Shown: positions 28,926 to 38,688 of the stretch, in pieces | Position numbering within the stretch: the first letter of the stretch is position 1 | Layout: the number at the start of each line of letters is the position of its first letter | Sequence record: OP617745.1 | Reading direction: 5' to 3' (one strand) | Length of the DNA: 64,000 nt | Translations under genes and position numbers: made by a program | The notes under the pieces: model-generated | The model's input: only the letters and a program-made list of their open reading frames with translations | Told to the model about the DNA's origin: nothing | Databases searched by the model: none

Positions 28926-29522
28926 ATGTTTATTGTACTAAAAGAATTTTTATATAATACATTAATTGCTTTTTCACTTATTTTCCCATCACATGATATT
29001 CAACAGAATGTAACTGTAAACGATAGTAACGTATTAATTTTTAATACGAAAATAAACGACGAATCAGTACAAAGAGCGGAAACATTATATAAGAAATATA
29101 AGTACAAAACCATTTCTATTACCTCACCTGGAGGTGATGTGAATTCTAGTTTTGAATTAGCAGTCTTTGCTTCTGACCATAATATTAAAGTTCATGTACC
29201 ACAGTACTGTGCCAGTGCATGTACAGTTATATTTTTTGCTGCTGATAAACAAAACAGGGTTATGGATAAAGATGCTATTATCGCTATTCATAATGTTTCG
29301 GTTGTGGCTAATAATGATATTTCTGGTAATGAAACCATATCTATCAATACTGCCATGGATTTAATGAAAGATACATCAGAAATCGTAGCATCTATGTATA
29401 GTTTATATGCATATGTTGGTATTCCAGGTGAAATCCTGATGAGAACAAGCACTATGCACGGAGCTGATTCTTATCAAATAACAAAAAAACAACTCCAAAT
29501 GTGGGGCATTTTAGAAAAATAA
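28926..29522 (+). CDS. ClpP/crotonase-fold peptidase-like protein
   Basis: TSPGGDV, CASAC (Ser), IAIHN (His); hydrophobic N-terminus. Confidence 0.7.
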   Translation: MFIVLKEFLYNTLIAFSLIFPSHDIQQNVTVNDSNVLIFNTKINDESVQRAETLYKKYKYKTISITSPGGDVNSSFELAVFASDHNIKVHVPQYCASACTVIFFAADKQNRVMDKDAIIAIHNVSVVANNDISGNETISINTAMDLMKDTSEIVASMYSLYAYVGIPGEILMRTSTMHGADSYQITKKQLQMWGILEK

Positions 29523-29609
29523 ATCTGTACAAGAATATCATTTGTGATATAATAATTAAACAGAGAGTGATGTAGCTCTCTTTTATATAGCTTAGGGAGT
29601 ACTAAGACA

Positions 29610-30674
29610 ATGAAAGAAAAAGTTTATGTATATATTGGACGTTTCCAAATTCCACATATTGGTCATGAAGAAGTCCTCAAACATGCAATCAAAATTGCAG
29701 ATCGTGTTATCATTCAGGTCGGTTCAAGTGAACTGGCTCGTGATCCAAAAAACCCATTCACGTTTGAAGAACGTAAGTCAGTACTAGAAGAAATTACAAA
29801 ACGTGTAGCTCAAGATGAATGGAATAAAGGTCGAACTGTTAAAATCGATATTATGCCATTACATGATTATGTATATGATAATAATGCATGGCTAAAAGAA
29901 GTACAGGATAATGTTAAAACATGTACTTCAAGTAATGATATTACTATTACCGGTTGTCGTAAAAATGGTGATACCAGTACTGAATATCTTAACTATTTTC
30001 CTCAATGGAAAAATGACTTCATTAACGAAGTACAAAGTAATGCAAAAGGTACTATTAGTAGTACTGAACTACGCGAAGCTTTTTTTGTCTCTGGTAAAGT
30101 TCCAACTGAATTTGTTTCAAAAGAAACAACAGAATTTCTAGAAAATTTTGTCAGTACTAAACCCGATGTATTCGATAATCTTATTAAAGAATATGAATTC
30201 ATTAATCGTTATATTGAACAAATGAAAGAAGCACTACCTTATGATATTCCATTTATTTGTGGTGATGCTGTAGTCATTAGTTGCGGGCATGTTTTACTTG
30301 GTCGCAGGAGAACATTTCCATCAAAAGGTTCTTTGTGTTTACCGGGGGGTTTTTTTCAAAGTTGGGATGATAAAGATCAAATTGATACTGCAATTCGTGA
30401 ACTAAAAGAAGAAACAAAAATTGATGTTCCTGAAAAAGTTCTTCGTGGTAATATTATAAAAACTGAAGATTTTACTGATATGAATCGTTCTCTCCGCTGG
30501 CGTATTCTTACTAAAGCAGTGTTGATACAATTACCAGATACTACTTTACCAAAAGTTAAAGGTAGTGATGATATGTGTAATGCTCAATGGATTCCATTGA
30601 GTGATATTGAAAAATATCGAGATCAATTTTTTGAGGACCATTATTCAATTATTAATAATTTGTTAAATTTATAA
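29610..30674 (+). CDS. nadM: Bifunctional NMN adenylyltransferase/ADP-ribose pyrophosphatase (NadM-Nudix)
   Basis: GRFQIPHIGH, ISSTELR, Nudix box LPGGF...AIRELKEET, GSDD. Confidence 0.92.
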   Translation: MKEKVYVYIGRFQIPHIGHEEVLKHAIKIADRVIIQVGSSELARDPKNPFTFEERKSVLEEITKRVAQDEWNKGRTVKIDIMPLHDYVYDNNAWLKEVQDNVKTCTSSNDITITGCRKNGDTSTEYLNYFPQWKNDFINEVQSNAKGTISSTELREAFFVSGKVPTEFVSKETTEFLENFVSTKPDVFDNLIKEYEFINRYIEQMKEALPYDIPFICGDAVVISCGHVLLGRRRTFPSKGSLCLPGGFFQSWDDKDQIDTAIRELKEETKIDVPEKVLRGNIIKTEDFTDMNRSLRWRILTKAVLIQLPDTTLPKVKGSDDMCNAQWIPLSDIEKYRDQFFEDHYSIINNLLNL

Positions 30675-30727
30675 CAATGAAATAACATATAAAACGTGGG
30701 AAAAGGATTTCCCCATAAGAGATAACA

Positions 30728-32152
30728 GTGAGAGTTATAAAAACGAAATATAATTATGATTTTTATTATATATTGCCTGATGATTTAAAATCAGAACATA
30801 AATTGCATTCTAAAAAGATAATAGATGATATAATAAAGTTAAATATACCAAATTTGAAAGTTATTGGAATTAATATAAAGTATGAAGATGAATATTCTCT
30901 TAATAAAAAAGATACTAGATTATTAATAGAATATAAAAATATATTATATACACCTAAATATACATCAATAACAAAATCTTTTCGTGGTACAATAGAAGTT
31001 GATAGAAATAATATATATTATTATTTGTATTCAAAACGACCATTTGAAATACATAAATTAGAAATTGTAGATATTCCTAATAAATTTAAAATATTTTCAA
31101 AAGATTATATAACAATAAAATGTCATAATATAGATGTAAATGGTAATTTATGCGAATATGAATATCCAATTACATTAAACAAATTTTTATCCGATAAACA
31201 ATGCCCCAAATGTACTGGACAACGCATTGAATCATTGGAAGAAATAAAAGAACAACTTTTAAAAAATCTACATAAAAATAATTTTGAATTAATAAGTACT
31301 TCAAGTGAAAATTATCCCAAAGAAGCAGATTTAAAAATTAAATGTTTAGATTGTGATACAATAATTAATAAAAAAGTTGTTAGTGCTAAAAATGGTAATA
31401 TTATATGTGATGTTTGTGATACATATAATAATACAAATTTTATTGAAAAAATATATAAACATACCCCATTTTCTAAAAACCCAATGCATTATTATAAAAT
31501 AGATGATATAATTAATATTTCATCTATTATTGGTAATATGTGTTATGATTGTGGTTTTGAAGATATATGTACAGTTCAAGATGCTAAAAATGGTAAAAAA
31601 TGTCAATTTTGTAAAGGAAAATATACAAATGAAAATGTATATTTTCGTATAAAACAAAAAAGAAATTATGAATCTGAAGGTATTAAAATAATTAATATAC
31701 CTGACGTAAATGAAAAAGGGGTTTATACAAAAATACATTATTTGTGTAAACGTAACCATGATTGTTATATGTCAATATCAAAATTTAATTTAGGTCAAAA
31801 CTGTAAAAAATGCTTAAAATATGAATTATCATATGGTGAAAAAGAAATAGCATCATTATTAGAATATTCTAATGTATCATATATAGAGGAATATAAATTT
31901 GATGACTGTAGAAATATTTTTCAATTACCATTTGATTTTTATTTACCTGAATTAAATATTTGTATAGAATATGATGGTGAACAGCATTTTAAATCAATAC
32001 CATTTTATGGCGGGGATGATAAATTTAAGAAACAACAAAATAATGATCAAATTAAAAATCAGTACTGTGAAGATAACAACATCAGACTGATAAGAATTCG
32101 TTATGATGAAGACCCAAAAGAAATATTGACACGAGAGGGTATCATCAAGTAA
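30728..32152 (+). CDS. Homing endonuclease-like protein: CxxC repeats plus C-terminal PD-(D/E)XK/Vsr-like nuclease
   Basis: C-terminal LPFDFYLPELNICIEYDGEQHF closely matches 24443-25378; lies between nadM and NAMPT. Confidence 0.75.
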   Translation: MRVIKTKYNYDFYYILPDDLKSEHKLHSKKIIDDIIKLNIPNLKVIGINIKYEDEYSLNKKDTRLLIEYKNILYTPKYTSITKSFRGTIEVDRNNIYYYLYSKRPFEIHKLEIVDIPNKFKIFSKDYITIKCHNIDVNGNLCEYEYPITLNKFLSDKQCPKCTGQRIESLEEIKEQLLKNLHKNNFELISTSSENYPKEADLKIKCLDCDTIINKKVVSAKNGNIICDVCDTYNNTNFIEKIYKHTPFSKNPMHYYKIDDIINISSIIGNMCYDCGFEDICTVQDAKNGKKCQFCKGKYTNENVYFRIKQKRNYESEGIKIINIPDVNEKGVYTKIHYLCKRNHDCYMSISKFNLGQNCKKCLKYELSYGEKEIASLLEYSNVSYIEEYKFDDCRNIFQLPFDFYLPELNICIEYDGEQHFKSIPFYGGDDKFKKQQNNDQIKNQYCEDNNIRLIRIRYDEDPKEILTREGIIK

Positions 32153-32229
32153 AAAGAATTATTACACAGAGTAATAATAAATCAGAGAACGTAGTAGTTC
32201 TCTAACTTAAACTAAGGGAGTCTTAGAAA

Positions 32230-33702
32230 ATGAAAAACGTAAATCCAAATGTAAACTTTATTTTAAACTGCGACAGCTATAAGATTCAACATAGAAAAAT
32301 GCTCAAAAAGCATGTTGATGGTTATTACAGTACTATTGTACCTCGTAAAAGCTCTCCACATAGCAACCATGTAGTTGTGGCTGGTTTACAATACACAATT
32401 AATACCTATATCAATATTCAGATTACCAAAGAAGATGTTGATGAAGCTGAAATTGAAATTCGTGAACAAGGTTCACGTTTTGACCGCACTATTTGGGACA
32501 AAATCGTCAATGAGTTTGGTGGTAAAGTTCCAGTAAAAATTAGTGCTATTAAAGAAGGTACAGTTGTTCCAGTTCAATCAGTAGTTTGTGTTGTTGAAGC
32601 TAAAGATGAGTTTGCATTTTTGGCTAGTTATATTGAAACTTGTATTCAACGTGGTGTATGGTATAGCAGTACTGTAGCATCTGAATGTCGTGCAATGAAA
32701 AAAATTCTTGCTGATGTAATGCAACGTCATGCTGGTCATAAGAATGTAGATTATCATTTCCACAACTTTGGAGATCGTAGTGCAACTTGTTTTGAACATG
32801 CATATGTAGCTGGTATGGCACATGCAATTATGTTCAATGGTTCGGATAGTTTAACTTCCAATCGTTATATTAAAGCTCACTATAATACTACCAAAGCGTA
32901 TCTGAGTTCAGTTGACGCTACTGAACATAGCGTTATGTGCAGTAATAGTGATGCTGAACATCGCAATGATTATGGTGCAGCAGTAATGGCGGTAGATCAT
33001 TGGGAAGAACAAGTTACAATGTGGGAAGAAGATGGATTAGGTGTACCAGTAACTTCATGTGTTATTGATACTTATAATGATTATCGCTTTGTCCGTGACT
33101 TTATCGGTACTAAATTAAAAGACCGTATTGTTGAAATTGGCAAACGAGGTGGTCGCTTTGTTCTTCGTCCTGATTCACGAATTCCTAAAGAAATTTGTAT
33201 TGATGTAATCGAAATTCTTATGGAAAAGTTTGGTTATACTATTAACGAACATGGCTACAAAGTACTACCACCATATATTGGAGTAATTCAAGGTGATGGT
33301 GTTAATTTCGATAGTATTCATGAAATTCTAGATATTCTTGATGAAAAGAAATTATCCCTTGAAAACATTGTATTTGGTTGTGGTACCAAATTGGTTAACC
33401 CTGAACGTGGTCGTGATCTTTATAGTTGGTCAATGAAAGGTACTGCACAACACATCGAAGATGAACGTGAATGGCAAGACCTATTCAAAGATCCAGCAGG
33501 TGAACCAGGCAAACGTTCACATAAAGGGCGTGTAGTAACCTGGAAATGTAAAGTATCTGGTAAGATTTTTGTTGATCGTGATGATCTTGATAAAGTTAAT
33601 CATTTCATTGAAAATCTACTTGTACCAATGTATGACTGCGGTAAAATTATGAATTTCAGTACTTTTGATGAAGTTCGTGAGCGTGCTAACGTAGGTATCT
33701 AA
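32230..33702 (+). CDS. nadV: Nicotinamide phosphoribosyltransferase (NAMPT/NadV)
   Basis: DSYK..H, HNFGDR, TEHSV, VIDTY, RPDS, IQGDGV, KDP...KRS.KG. Confidence 0.92.
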   Translation: MKNVNPNVNFILNCDSYKIQHRKMLKKHVDGYYSTIVPRKSSPHSNHVVVAGLQYTINTYINIQITKEDVDEAEIEIREQGSRFDRTIWDKIVNEFGGKVPVKISAIKEGTVVPVQSVVCVVEAKDEFAFLASYIETCIQRGVWYSSTVASECRAMKKILADVMQRHAGHKNVDYHFHNFGDRSATCFEHAYVAGMAHAIMFNGSDSLTSNRYIKAHYNTTKAYLSSVDATEHSVMCSNSDAEHRNDYGAAVMAVDHWEEQVTMWEEDGLGVPVTSCVIDTYNDYRFVRDFIGTKLKDRIVEIGKRGGRFVLRPDSRIPKEICIDVIEILMEKFGYTINEHGYKVLPPYIGVIQGDGVNFDSIHEILDILDEKKLSLENIVFGCGTKLVNPERGRDLYSWSMKGTAQHIEDEREWQDLFKDPAGEPGKRSHKGRVVTWKCKVSGKIFVDRDDLDKVNHFIENLLVPMYDCGKIMNFSTFDEVRERANVGI

Positions 33703-33708
33703 TATATT

Positions 33709-33942
33709 TTGGAGAGTCATTATGGCTCTCCAATCTTTTTAATTAAAGTAATAAAGGTATATAATGTGTTTATTGGTTTTAAAATAGTTATTATCTTCTT
33801 TATATGGTTTATTACATATCAAATAATTGAAGAAATCAGTACTAAATTCTCTTCAGATAATTTCTTAGTAGACGTTTGTTTATTATCGATTGCAGTACTG
33901 GGATTTTTGATCATACCAGTTATATTTTCATATTTTATATAA
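33709..33942 (+). CDS. Possible small membrane protein
   Basis: Hydrophobic ORF; start uncertain. Confidence 0.35.
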   Translation: MESHYGSPIFLIKVIKVYNVFIGFKIVIIFFIWFITYQIIEEISTKFSSDNFLVDVCLLSIAVLGFLIIPVIFSYFI

Positions 33943-33948
33943 AAAATG

Positions 33949-33977
33949 TTGACATTTTTTTCTTCATAAGATATAGT
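33949..33977 (+). promoter_or_regulatory. Sigma70 promoter
   Basis: TTGACA-N17-TATAGT. Confidence 0.75.
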
Positions 33978-34011
33978 ATAGATATCAACAATTAACAACG
34001 GATATCAAAAA

Positions 34012-34278
34012 ATGTTCCAACATCTTTTGGATTTTTTCTGTACTGTAAACATTGAAAAACAAGCTAAGTTCATTATTGCAGAACTGGTCTGGTTTTACTT
34101 AGGTGGCCTAGTAATCACACTGTGTGCATTTTTACATAGTGATATTAATCTTGGTATTTCCTATGCCAAAAGTGAGAATAAACCATCATTACTACTAAAG
34201 TTTATTAGATGTTTATTGTACTTAGCGTATATCTTATATATTGTTGGATTTTTTGGTGTATATTATGTAATTCATTAG
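34012..34278 (+). CDS. Small membrane protein
   Basis: Two hydrophobic segments; downstream of the promoter. Confidence 0.7.
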   Translation: MFQHLLDFFCTVNIEKQAKFIIAELVWFYLGGLVITLCAFLHSDINLGISYAKSENKPSLLLKFIRCLLYLAYILYIVGFFGVYYVIH

Positions 34279-34288
34279 GAATTAATCG

Positions 34289-35026
34289 ATGATTAGTACT
34301 AAATTCATTAAAAAAGCTGGTGATAAAAGATTACTAATCATTTCTGGAAATGGATTGTCAATGGATAGTGGTTTTGATTTATATGATATTCCTGATAATT
34401 TTCAGATAAATGATGTATGTAATATTGCCAGTTTAGGTACAAAATATCACGTAGTACATTCTTATTATAATACTCTTAGAGTTAAATTAAAAGATATTGA
34501 ACCAAACGAAATGCATTACTATATTAAATCATTACAAGATGAGTATGGTGATAACTTTTTACACATGACCAGTAATGTAGATGATTTATATACAAGAATT
34601 GGTGGCACTGAATTAAAATTACATGGTAATATTAAAGAGGTTATAGAAAACTACACCGCTGATGGTTCTGAAATAGAAATAAAAGAATTAGGTTATGAAC
34701 CATATATTCCATGTAGTGGTATTTTTTCTAAACCCGGTGTTACATTAATTGGTGAGTTCCATAGTTATTTTTATGGATATAAAACCCCAATTTATGAAGA
34801 ACGAAATGAAATACTAAAATCATTAAATGAAAATGATACTGTAGTAGTAATTGGAAGTTCTGATTCAGTACTGAAATGGAGCCATTTAATAAATGAGAAA
34901 TGTTACACAGTACTAATCAATATAAGAAAAAATGAAAACGATCATCGTTTCAATGAACGAATTTATAAATCTTGTTCCAAATCTGTATTAGATTTATCTG
35001 GAATAATTTCAAAAAGGATGGTATAG
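34289..35026 (+). CDS. Sir2/sirtuin-family protein (divergent)
   Basis: IISGNGLSMDSG (GAGxS variant), EPN..H, TSNVDDL, catalytic LHG, KPGV, VIGSS. Confidence 0.8.
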   Translation: MISTKFIKKAGDKRLLIISGNGLSMDSGFDLYDIPDNFQINDVCNIASLGTKYHVVHSYYNTLRVKLKDIEPNEMHYYIKSLQDEYGDNFLHMTSNVDDLYTRIGGTELKLHGNIKEVIENYTADGSEIEIKELGYEPYIPCSGIFSKPGVTLIGEFHSYFYGYKTPIYEERNEILKSLNENDTVVVIGSSDSVLKWSHLINEKCYTVLINIRKNENDHRFNERIYKSCSKSVLDLSGIISKRMV

Positions 35027-35580
35027 TGGAAAAAATTGATTTCGGTAAAAGAAGTACCAGAGCCGATTTTGCTTTTTGTTGGATTTTTGCCAGAGATTGT
35101 ACTCCATACTCTGGATATGATGATCAACTTGGAATTGATAAAGTAAATTTAGTACTAGCACAATTACGTTTTGATGGTTGCATTGGGGCGTGTGGTGGTA
35201 TGGTGGAAAGTGATGATAATTCATTAGAAGAAGCTGTACAGCGTGAAGTACTGGAAGAAATTGGTTATACTGTTGATTTAACACATTTAAAACCACTTCT
35301 AAGCTTGCGTTTACCATCAGGCAGCCATTGTCATAGCTATAGTTATGAAGTTGATTACAATGAATTACAAAGCATTAGAGATGGTGCTTATAGAGGAATG
35401 CATTTCAATCCAGAATGTGCTGGTGTGAATCTTTTACATATTTCAAGATACACAAAAGGTTATGGAAATGAATGTGGATATAATGTATTATTAGAACAAC
35501 ACTGGAGTGGTACATCAAAAGAAGAATTTATGTACCTTGTAGAGACAGAAAATCTATTAATTAGTTATTTGAAGGAATGA
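35026..35580 (+). CDS. Nudix hydrolase, NUDT16-like
   Basis: [17 protein letters not shown]...[14 protein letters not shown]; probable GTG start at 35026 coupled to the sirtuin stop. Confidence 0.8.
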   Translation: [184 protein letters not shown]

Positions 35581-35912
35581 TAATGGGATACCAGTTATTT
35601 TTAGATGATATTCGTGACCCATCAAAATATTATAGTACTGAAATGGTACTATGTAGATCTTATGATGAAGCTGTCAAATATGTAGAAGAACATGGAATTC
35701 CAGAATTTATCAGTTTTGACCATGACCTTGGAGATACTTCTGATAATGAAAAAACTGGTTATTCATTTGCTAAATTTTTGATTGATTATATGATTGATAA
35801 TGGTATCAGTACTGAATTCAAATATAATATTCATAGCTCAAATCCAGTAGGTGCAGATAATATCGATTCTTATCTAAAAGCTGGTTTTAAATATCTAAGA
35901 GAAAATATGTAA
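35577..35912 (+). CDS. Cyclic-phosphate-processing receiver-like domain protein
   Basis: LFLDDIRDP, RSYDEA, ISFDHDLG, KTGY, HSSNPVG. Confidence 0.7.
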   Translation: MIMGYQLFLDDIRDPSKYYSTEMVLCRSYDEAVKYVEEHGIPEFISFDHDLGDTSDNEKTGYSFAKFLIDYMIDNGISTEFKYNIHSSNPVGADNIDSYLKAGFKYLRENM

Positions 35913-36232
35913 TGAGTATTAGTAATCATATTTTTGCATGTTTTATTAGTATATGTATATGTTCTGTTGTTGGTGGATTGTGGTATAATTCAATGAGGTA
36001 CGAAAAACACAATATTAGATATAATTCAGTTAAAGTTGTTGGTATTGGTCAATGTTCCAATAAAAGAAAAAGTTCGAGTGCCGAGTGTGCTTTTTGGTAC
36101 GAAGATGGAAATTCTACACAATTTGCAATTTCAGATAATCCAGTTTCAATTGGTCAAATTGTTTATCAAATGTGCTGGACAGAAAAGGCTCGTGGTGATA
36201 GATGTTATGTAAATTACCAAACGAGTAAGTAA
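35912..36232 (+). CDS. Membrane-anchored hypothetical protein
   Basis: N-terminal TM helix, four Cys in the C-terminal domain. Confidence 0.7.
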   Translation: MSISNHIFACFISICICSVVGGLWYNSMRYEKHNIRYNSVKVVGIGQCSNKRKSSSAECAFWYEDGNSTQFAISDNPVSIGQIVYQMCWTEKARGDRCYVNYQTSK

Positions 36233-36243
36233 ATGGAGAATAT

Positions 36244-37182
36244 ATGGCAGCAAAAAGAATTAAACATCCTACACAGAAATATTTAAAGGAATGTTTTGAT
36301 TATGATTCCAGTACTGGTAATTTGATTTGGAAAAACAGACCATTATCACATTTTGAAAATGAATGTGCTCAAAATATAACAAATTCAATGATGTGTGGAA
36401 AAGTTGCTGGTTCAAAAGACAAACATCCAAAAAGTGATACATTATATTATGTAATAATTAAAGTTAATAATAAAGATTATTATGCTCATTGTTTAATTTG
36501 GATTTGGTTACATGGTGAGTTACCAGATGATGAAGTTATTGATCATGATGATGGTGATGGTACCAATAATAGAGAAATAAATCTTATTAAGAGAGGTTTC
36601 AATGATAATGTAAGAAAAGGTAAAATGAGAAATGACAATATATCTGGATTTCGTGGAGTTTCTTATATTGAAAAAAGAAATAAATGGAAATCGGCAATAT
36701 CGATCAATAATATAAAAATACAGTTGGGATATTTTGATGATGTTATAATTGCAGCTAGATATTATGCGACTGCTTTTCTTATTCATTCAGGTGAAAAATA
36801 TAAATTCAACTCATCATCTGTTATAGAATATAATAATTCTGAACCTGAATATATTAAAATTAAATCTATATTACATAATAAATTGAATAACATTAAAACA
36901 ATTCGTCCTGATAATACGTCTGGTATTACAGGTGTTTATTTTTTAAAACGTGATAATAAATGGATTGCTAAATCTTTACATGATGGAAAATACATACCAC
37001 ATATCACAACAGCCGATAAAAACTTAGCTATACGTTATATTATAACTGCTGATGTTATTTTTGGTAAAAGAGATATAAATGATGAACAAGAATGCTTCAA
37101 TATAAATTCAAAGGAGTATAAAGAAATAAAGAATAAAATTAATGAATATATTAGTAAATTTCAGTTAAAATCTTTGATCTAA
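36244..37182 (+). CDS. HNH homing endonuclease with AP2-like DNA-binding domains
   Basis: YDSSTGNLIWK, AHCLIWIWLHG...IDHDDGDGTNNR.INL, two N.SG..GV repeats. Confidence 0.85.
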   Translation: MAAKRIKHPTQKYLKECFDYDSSTGNLIWKNRPLSHFENECAQNITNSMMCGKVAGSKDKHPKSDTLYYVIIKVNNKDYYAHCLIWIWLHGELPDDEVIDHDDGDGTNNREINLIKRGFNDNVRKGKMRNDNISGFRGVSYIEKRNKWKSAISINNIKIQLGYFDDVIIAARYYATAFLIHSGEKYKFNSSSVIEYNNSEPEYIKIKSILHNKLNNIKTIRPDNTSGITGVYFLKRDNKWIAKSLHDGKYIPHITTADKNLAIRYIITADVIFGKRDINDEQECFNINSKEYKEIKNKINEYISKFQLKSLI

Positions 37183-37230
37183 ATACATATGAGAACAAAA
37201 TTGTTCTCCACAACAATATAAGGATATATT

Positions 37231-38688
37231 ATGGCTAAGAAGTACGTCATCGATACTAATATTATCATCCGTGATAGCTCTTCAATTACAGCTTTTGATG
37301 GATGCTCTGTTATTATTCCATTTACAGTACTGGAAGAATTAGATCACATTAAAAGTAAAAATTTGGATGTGAGTCGAGATGCTCGTCAGGGTATTAAGGC
37401 TTTGAATGAAGTTGTTAAAGATGCTTCTTATGAAGAAATTAGTCAAACTGGTGTAGATCTTACTAAAGTTCATAAATTTTTGAGTTCAGAAAGTAAGCTT
37501 TTTATTATTACTAATGAAGAAGCTGAAGCATTGATTCGTTCTGATAAAGATAATAATAAGATTAATAAATTCCAAACTCTTATTGACAGTACTGTACCAG
37601 ATGATAAAATTATCCTTGTGGCTGCTGCAACCGATTCAGTACTAGTAACTGCTGATGTAAACATGCGAATTAAAGCTCTTTCATATAATGTTGAAGTTCA
37701 AGATTATCGACATGACGTAGTTATTGATGACGCTGATTATATGCATACTGGTACACACGAGCTTAATATTGAATTCTGGAAAGAAATAGAAAAAATTCAA
37801 GATCTAGATATGCACAGTAATCAAGAAGGTAAAAAATTATTTCATTATATTCCTAAACACCAAGTTCAACATCTATTGCCAAGTAACCTTTATGTTGGTG
37901 ATTATGTATGGGATAATGATGATAGTGATGTTCTTTTTGTGTATAATGGTATAGCAGACCGTTCTATGGAAGATGGTAGTACTGAGGGAGTTGAATATTA
38001 TTGTTTTGAAGATATTGGTAAATCTCATTCAATGAAACAAAAAGTATGGGATTTGAAAGCACGAAATATACAACAAGCATGTGCTATTAATGCTATTCTA
38101 GATCCTGAAATTTATGTAGTAGTACTTATTGGTTCCGCTGGTACAGGGAAGACTCTCATTGCACTCGGATCGTCACTCGACCTAGTACTAGAAACTAAAA
38201 AGTACAAAAAAATTATATATACACGTACTCAAGATTCTATGTTTCAGGATATTGGCTTTCTTCCCGGGAGTGCTCTTGATAAAATGCTTCCTTGGGTTGG
38301 TGGTTGTTTGGATGCTTTAGAAACACTTCACAAACATGATAAAGACCCACGAGGTAGTATTGAAGAAATCTTGGAACGAGAAGTTTTAAATTTTGAACCA
38401 TTGAATTTCATTCGTGGACGTTCGTTTGGTGATAGTATTATTATTCTTGATGAAGCACAAAACAATACTGCTGCTTCTATGAAAACTATTCTATCTCGTG
38501 GTCAAGAATCATCAAAATTCATTGTCATGGGTAACACTGGTCAGCTAGATAATAAGTACATTTCTGCTAATAGTAGTGGACTTACTTATTGCGTTGAAAA
38601 ATTTAAAGACTGGGAACATGCTCGTATCATTAAACTAGAAGGTATCGAACGTTCTCCTTTAGCAGAATTTGTTGAAAATAATTTCTAA
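37231..38688 (+). CDS. phoH: PIN-PhoH protein (PhoH2-like)
   Basis: PIN YVIDTN...VLEELD...DD.I...D.NMRIKA; Walker A GSAGTGKT; RGRSF, DEAQN, RSPLA. Confidence 0.92.
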   Translation: MAKKYVIDTNIIIRDSSSITAFDGCSVIIPFTVLEELDHIKSKNLDVSRDARQGIKALNEVVKDASYEEISQTGVDLTKVHKFLSSESKLFIITNEEAEALIRSDKDNNKINKFQTLIDSTVPDDKIILVAAATDSVLVTADVNMRIKALSYNVEVQDYRHDVVIDDADYMHTGTHELNIEFWKEIEKIQDLDMHSNQEGKKLFHYIPKHQVQHLLPSNLYVGDYVWDNDDSDVLFVYNGIADRSMEDGSTEGVEYYCFEDIGKSHSMKQKVWDLKARNIQQACAINAILDPEIYVVVLIGSAGTGKTLIALGSSLDLVLETKKYKKIIYTRTQDSMFQDIGFLPGSALDKMLPWVGGCLDALETLHKHDKDPRGSIEEILEREVLNFEPLNFIRGRSFGDSIIILDEAQNNTAASMKTILSRGQESSKFIVMGNTGQLDNKYISANSSGLTYCVEKFKDWEHARIIKLEGIERSPLAEFVENNF

